Source: Geosiphon pyriformis uo1 (taxonomy: Eukaryota > Fungi > Glomeromycota). From it: a DNA stretch of 64,000 nucleotides. Every line of letters begins with the position of its first letter. Position 1 is the stretch's first letter. The notes beneath the pieces were generated by a model. That model was not told the DNA's origin. It saw only the letters and a list, made by a program, of their open reading frames with translations, and ran no database searches. Positions 11,997 through 23,640 of this stretch are shown in pieces. The stretch is taken from contig JAAOMT010000034.1 in NCBI GenBank assembly GCA_016748015.1, positions 372,001 through 436,000 of the forward strand, in the 5' to 3' direction. Both the position numbers and the translations under genes were made by a program.

Positions 11997-13751
11997 TTAT
12001 CGTAACTTGGCGGACAGCAAAACTGGGTTTTCCAATAAATGTCGCCATGTTTCGGAAAATCTTGCGAGTGTAGCTCCATCAACGACCCGATGATCGGCGC
12101 AAAAACTGATTTTGACGATGCTCTTGCCCACCACTTTTTCTGTTAAATGACCAGTTACCTCATCCTTGAATATTTCAAATCTTGGTAATCGCCGAATTTT
12201 CCCGATGGCCCCAAGGCACAATTCTGAAGATACTACCACTGGACTAAGATACTCCCCTCCGATGACTCCGATATTTGATAAGGTAATAGTGCCATCTTTA
12301 AAATCTGCAGGAGAAATTGTTTTATTTTCCGTAGATTGTTGCAATCGAGCAAGGTCATCGGCAATATCAAGAATTGATTTTCGCTCGACATTTTTTATGT
12401 TCGGAACAATCAGCCCACCGGGTGTGTCCATTGCTATTCCTATATTGTGAGCAGCTCGGTAATGAATTTTCGCAGTATTCACATCTTCTGCATCTAAGAT
12501 CGTTGCGTTCAATATGGGATATTGTATTAATGCGGTAGAAAAGGTTTTAATGAAAAATGGCATTAATGATATTTTTTTCGGTTGTGATGATAAGTTTTTA
12601 GAGTTCATTTGAATCTGTTCGTTCAAAGCATTCCGAAATGCAATGACGTTATCCATAATATACTCATCCGAATATCCAAAATGCGGGATTTGGAGCGAAC
12701 GTGTCATTGATTTATACATTGCTTTTTGGATGTTTGAAAACCCAACAATTTTATCTTCAGCTGTAACTGATTGGTTGAACTGAAGGTTTGTGACTAAAAA
12801 ATAATTTTTAAGATATTTTAGTTAATCAGGTTTTTTTAGATTAAAGGATGCTGATAATTACATTTCGACTCTAATGGAATCGACCGCTTGGCCACATAAT
12901 TGAACAAGTCTTCTTTGGATACACGGCCACCTTTACCAGTTCCTTGAACTTCTGATAAGTCAACAGAGTTTTCCCGGGCAATTCTCCTAACTGCAGGCGT
13001 TGCAAAAGTAAAATTTTTCTCTTCCAGTAGAGAATTAGGACCGATAGATGAAGCTGTCGATTCATAGCTCTTTTGTTCGGCCAGAAGATTGGAAGGTGCT
13101 GAAACATCCGGTGTGGGCTCAATTGTTTCAATGTTTACAATGGGACTTCCAACTTTGGCCATTTGACCAACTTCATAATGTAATTTGGAAATTGTTCCAG
13201 AATAGCGAGAGGTTATTTCAACAGATGCTTTATCTGATTGTAATTCACATATTTTTTGAAATTCTGCAACTTGATCACCGGGTTTTATAAACCTTTGGGT
13301 TGAAGTGAGAACTGACTTGTTAGAAAAGTGAAATATAAAATAATGTTCCCATCTGTAATTTTACCTCACCATTGAACAACTTCACATTCCGTTATACCTT
13401 CACCAATGTCAGCCAGTAGGAATGGCACGGTTGCCTTAAGAGAGTGCGAGGTATAGAAGCCACGAACATTCGAGGAACAAAAAAAAGGTAGATTTAGGTT
13501 AAATGATAAGGTATTGATGGTAGTAAATGATATTGGAAGAGTTAAATGGGTAGTTTTCAGTCCTGACGACTAAATTGGTAAAAAAAATCTGATTAAAAAT
13601 TCGTAATTGCTGTCTTCTTGAATTTCAAAAATCATAGTTTCAATAAGCCTCGTCTTACCCTTGATGAATTGTAAAAAGCAGGAAATCGCCTTACCCCTGC
13701 GCGAAACGAGTGTATAATTTGGAACTTACAGAGTTTCCTATAAAACAGCAT
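11997..13751 (-). CDS. DBT: Mitochondrial branched-chain alpha-keto acid dehydrogenase E2 (dihydrolipoamide branched-chain transacylase), 4 exons, about 506 aa
   Basis: Exons 13751-13659, 13569-13370, 13292-12862 and 12793-11997 are joined by GT-AG introns of 89, 77 and 68 nt with consistent phases. Lipoyl domain FLLADIGEGITECEVVQW...QSDKASVEITSRY, E3-binding ATPAVRRIARE...GTGKGGRVSKED, catalytic DHRVVDG. Arg-rich N-terminal presequence. Exon 1 is the least certain. Confidence 0.92.
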
Positions 13752-14193
13752 CCATAGCAAAATAAAACGGTCAGCAAGAAGTTTTTTGAGCTGAGAAAAC
13801 TCTTTAAGCAACTAAATTCTATTGTAAACTTGGGGAAGGTTTTTCACAACTTTTACTAAGCTTTATTATGAAGTGACTTACATTAGGAGTAAAATGAAGA
13901 TAACGCCCGTTGAGGGGGTAAAAAATACGATCGGTTAGAAAAAACATTTAAAGTGCACTTGAACAGGATGTTGAAACGAAAATTATAGTTTAAAATTATA
14001 AATATTTTAAAAATTTATTACGAAATTTGTTATTATGATTTTATTAATTAAAATAAAATTATATATTTATTCAATATAAACTTGATTTAATTCTTCTAAA
14101 ATACGATCGCAAATCTTTTAAGGCCTAGATCCGAGACTTTGAGATACAATTTGTTGGAATCCTGGCCATGAATAATCACAATTTTCTCTGGCA

Positions 14194-14312
14194 TAAATTC
14201 AGTTTACAATGAAATTTAGAATAAAAAATACATTTGTCTTCTGCTTTTTCAATTACTTCTGCAATTGCTAAAAAATCTGGTTCCAAAGAAATTACTTGGC
14301 TTGCGCAATATA
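14194..14312 (-). pseudogene. Fragment of a Tc1/IS630-like DDE transposase
   Basis: Reads YCASQVISLEPDFLAIAEVIEKAEDKCIFYSKFHCKLNL, resembling the recalled fungal DDE motif CC..R.L...PDF.....E.I...GH.C.F.PKFHCELN.IE. Confidence 0.6.
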
Positions 14313-15021
14313 AAGTGTTTTTGTTTAATTGTTTAATTAAATATTCAGCAGTTTATTATTTATTATTATTATTTTTTGGTTTTAAATAACAATATGGTTG
14401 GGATACATGTTAAATAAATTAAAAAAATAACAATGTGCTTTTTTTTGGAATTGTTAAATGATTTTAAATATTAGCAATTTTTTTGCATAATAACAATTTT
14501 TTATTTTTGGCCCAAATTATTAAAATAAAAAATACACTTATTATATATGTTTTTTATTTATCTTAAAAAACAAACAAAACTCAAATTATATTTTTTTTAT
14601 ATTTTACTATTAATTTTTTATATTTTTAATGTTTTAAAAATTTTTAATAACATTTATTTTTAATAATTATCATAAAAATTTTTTGGTAATATTATTGAAA
14701 TTTATAATTTAATATTTTAAACTAATATAAAACAGTTTTATTAATAAAATTTTTTTGTAAATTTATAATTATTAATAATTTATTTTTTGAATTTTGTTAA
14801 AGTAACAATAAAATTTTGTGTTTTTAATAATTTTTTACAATTTGCAATTTAATTGTTTTTTTGTTTTTTTTTAATATAATATAGTCAAATATTTAATTTA
14901 TTATATATATTTAATTTTATTATTAATAACACTATTATTATATTTTTAAATAAATATTTATTCTGTTATAATTGTGTTTATTTAATTGTTAAAAATATTT
15001 AATAATGGTTTATTTTTATTA

Positions 15022-18000
15022 TATTTATTATTAAAATTTTTTTGTATTAATTTTAATTTAATATTAATTTTATATATATAATTTTAATATTGTTTATAGT
15101 AAATATTATATAATTTTAATAATATATTGATTATTTCTAAATAAAATTTATTCAATCTATACTTTTTATAATAAATTGATTTTTTGGTTTTATTTTTAAT
15201 AAAATATAGTTTAATTACTAATTATAACATAAAATTTTAAATTTATAAATAGCTATAATTAATATATTTTTTATAGATAATTAATTATTTAAATCAGTTT
15301 AAATCAAATTAAATTAAAAATTACAAACTTATTTCAAATAGTTATTTTTTATATAATTATAATTAGATTATTATTATTAAAAACAAAATTAACTAATTAT
15401 ATAGCAGGTTTATTTGTATTTAATTTAATATTAAAAATTTAAAATTATTATTTTAATAAAATTTTTCTTATTAACAAAAAAATTTAGTTAAATATATAAT
15501 ATTAAATAAATTATTTATAAATTATTTTATTTTAAAATTAATAAAAATGCCAATATTTTTTTTAATTACAAGAATTTTTCTTAATTATTACAAAAAACTA
15601 TTATAAAAAAATATAAATATATAATATAAAATTTTTTGTTATAAATATAAATTTATTATATAAAATTTAAATATATAAACAATTTTATTATTATTATTAT
15701 TTAATAAGTACAGTCTAATTATTATTTATTATAAAAACTTTTTTCTCAAAAAGTGTATTTTTTGAATTAGAAGTTTTTTTTATTTTTTTTTATTAGTTTA
15801 TATCAATATTTTTTTACCTAATAATCTATTTTTTGTGAACTTGAAGACTATTACAAGTAGCATCATGTTTAAAAAGAAGGCACCCAAAGGTGCTTTTTAT
15901 AGTCTTGCTGGTAGTTTTTTTTTTTAAAAAAAAAAAGTCATTCTTAGAAATATCAAACACTTTAGTAATAAAAATGATATCTCTTTAAGTAAATTTAGGC
16001 CTGATAATAGCATATATTCTGATGTGAATAGTCCATTTGGTGATGATGAAGATGTTAGCATGACTGGTGTAAATAATGAATCTCTTTTGGACTTGGTTGC
16101 TACTACTTCTAAGACAAAACATGTCAACATTAGTACTATTTTTGGCTTTCTATTCAGTTCTTCCAATTTTAATATGAATAATAATGAAGTTGTTCTTTCT
16201 CCTTACTTGCCCATCTCTCTAGATAAGAAGTAAATTGACCCAAAGATTATTCAAACTCCTATGGAAGTGTCAATTAAGAAGTCATTTGCTTTGGACATTA
16301 ATTTTTTGGCAGTTGAAAACAAATCTGCCATAGCCAAAACCCAATTCATCAGAAAATTATTTTCATCAATCAATGGTTTTAAAGGGTCACTACCTCCTTA
16401 AAATTTGAAAAGATTATTAAATCTATCTTTACTTCAGAAATTAGCATAAAAAAAGCTGTTTTATTGGCCAAGAAAAATAAGATTATTGCTAATATTGATG
16501 TTAAGAAACAAGAAATGCATTCAGATCAAACTGTGATTATTAAAAAAAATTTCATAGACACACCAAAGGAAATAATCATCACTGCAGTATCCAAATTTGG
16601 TATAATTAAGTTAATCAAAATTCAGTTAATTGAAATATGGCAGAAGACTGTAATAGAATTTGCTAAATTGGATTAGACTAAACAATTGACTATTAAATAG
16701 TTCTTTTTAATTGGAAAAGATTCAGTTCACATAACTATGGCTGTAAGAAATCACAATATCTGGACATCAAAAGATCAGTTCAGAGTTTTGTTATTTACTT
16801 TGTCTGTGAGTATAACTGCTCATAATTTGGGCACTCTTTTGGAAGAAATTAATAAAAAAACTTGTATTATCAATTAATCATTAAATACTGGCAATAAAAT
16901 TTGCTGTATTGTAGTTGGCTTTAAGTCAGAAAATGATATAAAGTTTGCATATTGTACTGAANNNNNNNNNNNNNNNNNNNNTATTTATTATTAAAATTTT
17001 TTTGTATTAATTTTAATTTAATATTAATTTTATATATATAATTTTAATATTGTTTATAGTAAATATTATATAATTTTAATAATATATTGATTATTTCTAA
17101 ATAAAATTTATTCAATCTATACTTTTTATAATAAATTGATTTTTTGGTTTTATTTTTAATAAAATATAGTTTAATTACTAATTATAACATAAAATTTTAA
17201 ATTTATAAATAGCTATAATTAATATATTTTTTATAGATAATTAATTATTTAAATCAGTTTAAATCAAATTAAATTAAAAATTACAAACTTATTTCAAATA
17301 GTTATTTTTTATATAATTATAATTAGATTATTATTATTAAAAACAAAATTAACTAATTATATAGCAGGTTTATTTGTATTTAATTTAATATTAAAAATTT
17401 AAAATTATTATTTTAATAAAATTTTTCTTATTAACAAAAAAATTTAGTTAAATATATAATATTAAATAAATTATTTATAAATTATTTTATTTTAAAATTA
17501 ATAAAAATGCCAATATTTTTTTTAATTACAAGAATTTTTCTTAATTATTACAAAAAACTATTATAAAAAAATATAAATATATAATATAAAATTTTTTGTT
17601 ATAAATATAAATTTATTATATAAAATTTAAATATATAAACAATTTTATTATTATTATTATTTAATAAGTACAGTCTAATTATTATTTATTATAAAAACTT
17701 TTTTCTCAAAAAGTGTATTTTTTGAATTAGAAGTTTTTTTTATTTTTTTTTATTAGTTTATATCAATATTTTTTTACCTAATAATCTATTTTTTGTGAAC
17801 TTGAAGACTATTACAAGTAGCATCATGTTTAAAAAGAAGGCACCCAAAGGTGCTTTTTATAGTCTTGCTGGTAGTTTTTTTTTTTAAAAAAAAAAAGTCA
17901 TTCTTAGAAATATCAAACACTTTAGTAATAAAAATGATATCTCTTTAAGTAAATTTAGGCCTGATAATAGCATATATTCTGATGTGAATAGTCCATTTGG

Positions 18001-18921
18001 TGATGATGAAGATGTTAGCATGACTGGTGTAAATAATGAATCTCTTTTGGACTTGGTTGCTACTACTTCTAAGACAAAACATGTCAACATTAGTACTATT
18101 TTTGGCTTTCTATTCAGTTCTTCCAATTTTAATATGAATAATAATGAAGTTGTTCTTTCTCCTTACTTGCCCATCTCTCTAGATAAGAAGTAAATTGACC
18201 CAAAGATTATTCAAACTCCTATGGAAGTGTCAATTAAGAAGTCATTTGCTTTGGACATTAATTTTTTGGCAGTTGAAAACAAATCTGCCATAGCCAAAAC
18301 CCAATTCATCAGAAAATTATTTTCATCAATCAATGGTTTTAAAGGGTCACTACCTCCTTAAAATTTGAAAAGATTATTAAATCTATCTTTACTTCAGAAA
18401 TTAGCATAAAAAAAGCTGTTTTATTGGCCAAGAAAAATAAGATTATTGCTAATATTGATGTTAAGAAACAAGAAATGCATTCAGATCAAACTGTGATTAT
18501 TAAAAAAAATTTCATAGACACACCAAAGGAAATAATCATCACTGCAGTATCCAAATTTGGTATAATTAAGTTAATCAAAATTCAGTTAATTGAAATATGG
18601 CAGAAGACTGTAATAGAATTTGCTAAATTGGATTAGACTAAACAATTGACTATTAAATAGTTCTTTTTAATTGGAAAAGATTCAGTTCACATAACTATGG
18701 CTGTAAGAAATCACAATATCTGGACATCAAAAGATCAGTTCAGAGTTTTGTTATTTACTTTGTCTGTGAGTATAACTGCTCATAATTTGGGCACTCTTTT
18801 GGAAGAAATTAATAAAAAAACTTGTATTATCAATTAATCATTAAATACTGGCAATAAAATTTGCTGTATTGTAGTTGGCTTTAAGTCAGAAAATGATATA
18901 AAGTTTGCATATTGTACTGAA
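15022..18921. repeat. Apparently identical 1940-bp direct duplication (15022-16961 = 16982-18921) around a 20-N gap; probable assembly artefact
   Basis: Offset of 1960, identical ORF translations in both copies, Ns at 16962-16981. Confidence 0.9.
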
Positions 18922-21900
18922 CCAATCTTAAATAATATTAAACTTTCTTGGACAAGATTGGATCTGGTTTGGTGTGAAAAATATGAGAAGTTTGGTTATT
19001 CTGCTTTAGAATGTGATACAACAAATGTGTCTGCTTTTAAGCCCCCAAAATTATTTAAAAAATCTATTTCTGAGATGAATCATCTTCAGCTGGCCAAGTT
19101 ATATATTAAGAAAAGTGTTACTATCTCTTGTTCTGCTGTTTTTGGTGACAAATCTTGGGCCCAGGTGGTTTTGACAGCATCTATCTCTCATGATTTTCTC
19201 ATTGGTTCTGGTTTTGGTTTCTTTTCTGGTGTTTCAGGTTTCAATAATAGGCTTTTTTCTTTTCCTAATGCTGATTTTTTTCTAAGTGCACATTTGGCCT
19301 CTCTAGAATGCTTCTTAGAATTGCTGGCTGATTAAGTATCAAGTATTGTATACAGATTAAATAGTGTGAAGTTGGTATCCCTGGTGCCTGTTTTTTATGT
19401 AATACCTCTGGTTATTTTTGTTCCTATATTGTTGATGTTAGATGTTGATATGGGTTTGAATGTTCTATGACTGTTTCTTCCTTCTTTCTTTTTAGTATTA
19501 AGAAACAAGATTGTGAATTTGGATTTAAGTAGTTTAAAAGTTCTCATTTCCAAAGTTGGCAGTTTAGAATCTAAAATGGTGGCTTTTAAAGTTTCTATTA
19601 ACTTAATTTTGGGGAAGTTGGATCTGTTATGCACAAATTCAGATTCCTTAGTGCATTATTTGTCTCAATAAGTAAGTTTATTTGGAGAGTAACTACATAT
19701 AATATTAGGAATATAACAAATTTAGCTAAACATAAAAACATTGTTGGTATAAAGATTTGGATAATATAGTTTTTATTATTACTGAGACAAAATTAAGGTC
19801 TAATATTAAGCCTTGGATTATGAATAAGTTTGATGAAATTCGGGTTTTTACTACTGGTTTGAATGTTCATTTTTATGATGCTAAAGTTGCTATAATTATG
19901 GACAATTTTTTGGCTTGGTATGTATCAAAAGTGGATAAGATTTCTGGTTATTTGATTTTTGTGCATTTTTTGTTCAAAAACAAGCTTTTAGTTACAATCT
20001 TGGGTCTTTATGCTAATGTATTTGTTGGCATGTATTTTGGCCAAGCTGTTGATATCAACTTTATGGTTTTTAAGACAGTTAATTCCAGCTCTTTTATGAT
20101 TTTGGGTGGCAATTTTAATGAGAATAGGTCTAAAAGAAGTGTAAGTTTCAAGTTTTGCTTGGATTTGGATCTAGTTAACACTTTTAATAGACATTTACTG
20201 GCCAAAGTTTTTACTTAAAGCAATTCTAAGAGTGTTAAAAAAGTGGTTAATTTTATTTTTGTGAATAGAAATTTGGCATCCACAATTATATTACATAAAG
20301 TCAATAATGTGTCAGAGTTTTTTAATACAAATTATAAGTTAGTTTTAGTTTTAATTAGTTTGGATAAATTCCTAAATGCTTATCTTATTAATACTTGTAA
20401 GCAAGCCAACTAAGACTGGTGAAAGTTCAAATTGAAAGATGTAGATAATATCTAATAGTTGGGCTTTAAAGACCATTTTTCTGTCAAATTGTTGGTCAGG
20501 TCAGATATGTTTAAGAATACAAAAGACAATATTAACTTAAATACAATATAGAAAATACTAAAAAAAGCCATAGTATAAGCTGTTAATGTGATATTCTCTA
20601 AGATTTGGTATAGTGAATATTATTGTTTGAGGAATAAACAATCTTTAAAATTCTTTAAATTAGAACTGCTCATTGTAAAAATTGTGAAATATTGGAATTT
20701 TGGTAATTTTCTGAATTTTAACTGTCTTATTAAAGTCTGGTTGGCTATTAATAAAGTTGAAACATCTAAGGTTACTAACATAGTTTTAAATAATGCAAGC
20801 TTAATGAATTTGGTTAAGCATTTGTTAATAGTAAGGAAAAAATATTAGAGATCTAAGTATTATGAATTTAAGATTGCTAAAAATACAGCTATTAAGAAAG
20901 CAATTGACTATTATATAAAAAATTTCTGCTCTGACAAAAAATAAATAATAAAAAGCATTCTGGAATGTCTGTTTCATAAAGTAGTTTTGGATCACTTAGT
21001 AGTAGATAATGAGCTGGTAGTTGAACTTAATAAGATAAAATTCAAGATTAATGAAATTATAGAAGAGTAAACAAAAAAGCAATCAGTGCTCTTAAAAATA
21101 CCTAATTTTTGGTTTCAACAATATATGCTTTTAAATTATGTAAATGATAATGCTTTCTTTGATGTAATAAAGAAGATTAATATGAGAGAATTGTCTTTGG
21201 TTATTAATAATTTGCTGAATAATAAAACAGTCAGGTTGTTTGGAATACTTAATAAACTTTGAAAACATTGTAGTAAAAAAGTATTGGTCTGTTTTTTGAA
21301 GCTGTTAAATTTGTGTTTGAATTTAAAAGCAGTTTCAGCTCTCTGAAAAAGAGCATAAGTTTCAATAATTCCTAAATTTTACAAATAGAATAGTGTTTTA
21401 ACAAATACTAAGCCTATTGCTTTAGTTGATACAGCACATAAAATCTTATTCAAAATTTTTTCTAATTGGATATTTTTGGCTTGTAACAAATTTGATGTTC
21501 TTTATGATAATAATTTTTTGGTATTGAAGGATACTTTAATCCAGTTTCCTATTTTTGCTATTGGGTTAATTGTTGAGAATGTTCTGAAAAAAAATAAAGA
21601 GCTTTGGTTAGTACTATAAGATATGTATAAAGCTTATGATTCAGTAGACTGACATCATTTAAGAGCAAGCTTGCATTACATTAAAATATGTAAGTGGTTT
21701 ATCCAGTTTTTTAGAAACATCCATGAGAATTGGGTCAATAGAGTGATAACAAATTTTGGGCTCTTAAAAGATTATAAAATATATGATGAGTTAGATCAGG
21801 AAAAAGTCTTTTCTCCACTTTTTTGGAGAATTTTTTATGATCTATTTTTGTGTGAAGTGAAAAAACATAAATATTTATACAAATACAGAATAAATATTAA

Positions 21901-22647
21901 GTTTATAACAAAGTCTAACAGAATTGAGGCAGTTGGAAAGAAGACTTTTTTTTTGGCTGCTGGTGTTTTTGTTGATGATACAATTTGGGTTGGAAGTTAT
22001 TAGGCTTCTATGCAATATATTTTGAACATTGCAAGTGAGTTTTTTGAGATCAATAATATCTTAATTAATAATGATAAGATGGTGGCTATTTCCATCAATC
22101 AAGATATTAAGACTGCTTTGCTATTGATTAATGATTTGCTGATTTTAATTGCTAAAAGAGATAAGTCATACCAATATCTGGGCATCTTTTTATTAACTAA
22201 GAGTCTTTTTAAACCCAGTTTGGTTCAAGCTTATATGGACATCAGATTTTTTTCTAATGTGGTATTAAGAAAAACTATTATAAATAAACAATTTTGTTAC
22301 TTGATTTCAGCAGTTTGGTAGTCTATAATTAGCTTTTGTATACAGTTTAGTTTTGTGTTTTTGGATGTGTATTATAAGTGAAATGTAATAATTAAAAAGA
22401 GTTTTAGAGCCAAGGCTGGTTTGTCATGTGACTTTTCCAGTGAGATTTTGTACCATTTATTTTTGTATGGTTTGAAACTCTTTGAACAAGTGCAGTCTAA
22501 AGAAAAGCTGGCTTCATTGATTTTATTTTCCAATGGCCATAGCATTTTTGGATGTCTATTTGATCATAGATTTTTGGATTTGCAAATTTTGGAATGGTCT
22601 TCTCTGAATTTTTTACAATTTCCTGCCAAGTTATGTCTTAGTTCTGT

Positions 22648-23623
22648 TGTTACCAGACGAAATTAGAGATATTATTTAGCATGAAATTATCTTTATAATT
22701 CCTATCATTAATTAGCATATATTATTGTTCAAAATTATCACTTATTACATTAGCAAAATGTCCAAAATTATTATTTAATTAATAATCCAATTTGTATATA
22801 ACATAAATATAACCTAATTGCAATGATTAATCATGCAATATCCTGAACTATGTAACATTCAAAAAGTTCGCTGAAATTTGTAGAAATTCACTGAAATAAT
22901 TGATAGTTTACCAAAATATCTAATAGTTTGCAGAAATAACTTGTAGTTTACCAAAATGTATCTTTAGTTCAATGAAATTGTAGAAAATAGCAGAGTTCAA
23001 GTTCAGAGAATAGTGTTATGACAAGTTGTATAAAAGAAGAGCTTCTCTCTTCGAGAAAATGTATCTTACTTCAGATTTAACAATTAGAATCATTTTTTAC
23101 ACACAAAAACAAAATAAATATCAAATAATTCAAAAAACCAAATTCTTTAATTATTGCACTTGGAAAATTCTCAAAACCCAACTAACGTTTTAAAATTGAT
23201 TAGCTACCAATTTCAATAAACTGTTAGTGACTCCAGGCCTGGATTAAAAACAATTTCCTTGACAGAATTCAATTTTCTTTTACATTTCTTTTATTTTTCT
23301 TTTATTTTCTTATTATAATCATTAGGATAACCTACAGACGAGATTTCTGTAGAAGAGTTGACTTTCACAGCAAAGTAACTACACATTTTTAGTGAGCTTC
23401 CAGACGAGCAATTCCTGGGAAAGAGTTGATGTTTATTACAACGTAACTAAGCAACTGGCACAGAATTGGTCATTCTACTTATAAGCTCAGCAGTTCAAAT
23501 TATAAGAGATAATTTGAAGATAAATTCAGTTATTGGAGGTTTAACTACTTCTAAAAAACGTGAATTTACAGCAAACAGGCATCAATAACCATTAAAAAAA
23601 GAGACCAAAAACTTCCGGTAACA
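22648..23623 (+). repeat. 5' LTR of element A (976 bp)
   Basis: Matches 41369-42349. TATAAAA at 23029-23035, AATAAA at 23215-23220 followed by a U-rich tract. Confidence 0.97.
22867..22976 (+). promoter_or_regulatory. U3 array of six TTCGCCGAA-like palindromes at 20/20/20/20/21-nt spacing, upstream of the TATA box
   Basis: Units start at 22867, 22887, 22907, 22927, 22947 and 22968. Equivalent arrays occur in the A, B, C and E LTRs; intact TTCGCCGAA is seen at 41608, 53576 and 53596. The enhancer role is inferred. Confidence 0.65.
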
Positions 23624-23625
23624 TT

Positions 23626-23640
23626 TGGTGCTCTCTCATA
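23626..23640 (+). other. Primer-binding site of element A
   Basis: TGGTGCTCTC starts 2 nt after the LTR and is complementary to a tRNA ending ...GAGAGCACCA. The same motif is in B (34899 down), C (45767) and D (59630, decayed). The tRNA species cannot be assigned. Confidence 0.85.

Noticed and set aside
15022-18921. Apparent recent 1.94-kb tandem duplication of a LINE 5' end
   Set aside because: The copies look identical in a region where every true repeat is riddled with transitions, and they abut a 20-N gap. Most likely unmerged overlapping contig ends; long reads would settle it.
22867-22976. CRISPR-like repeat-spacer appearance of the 20-nt array
   Set aside because: Units are far too short, lie inside LTR U3 in a eukaryotic context, and there are no cas genes.
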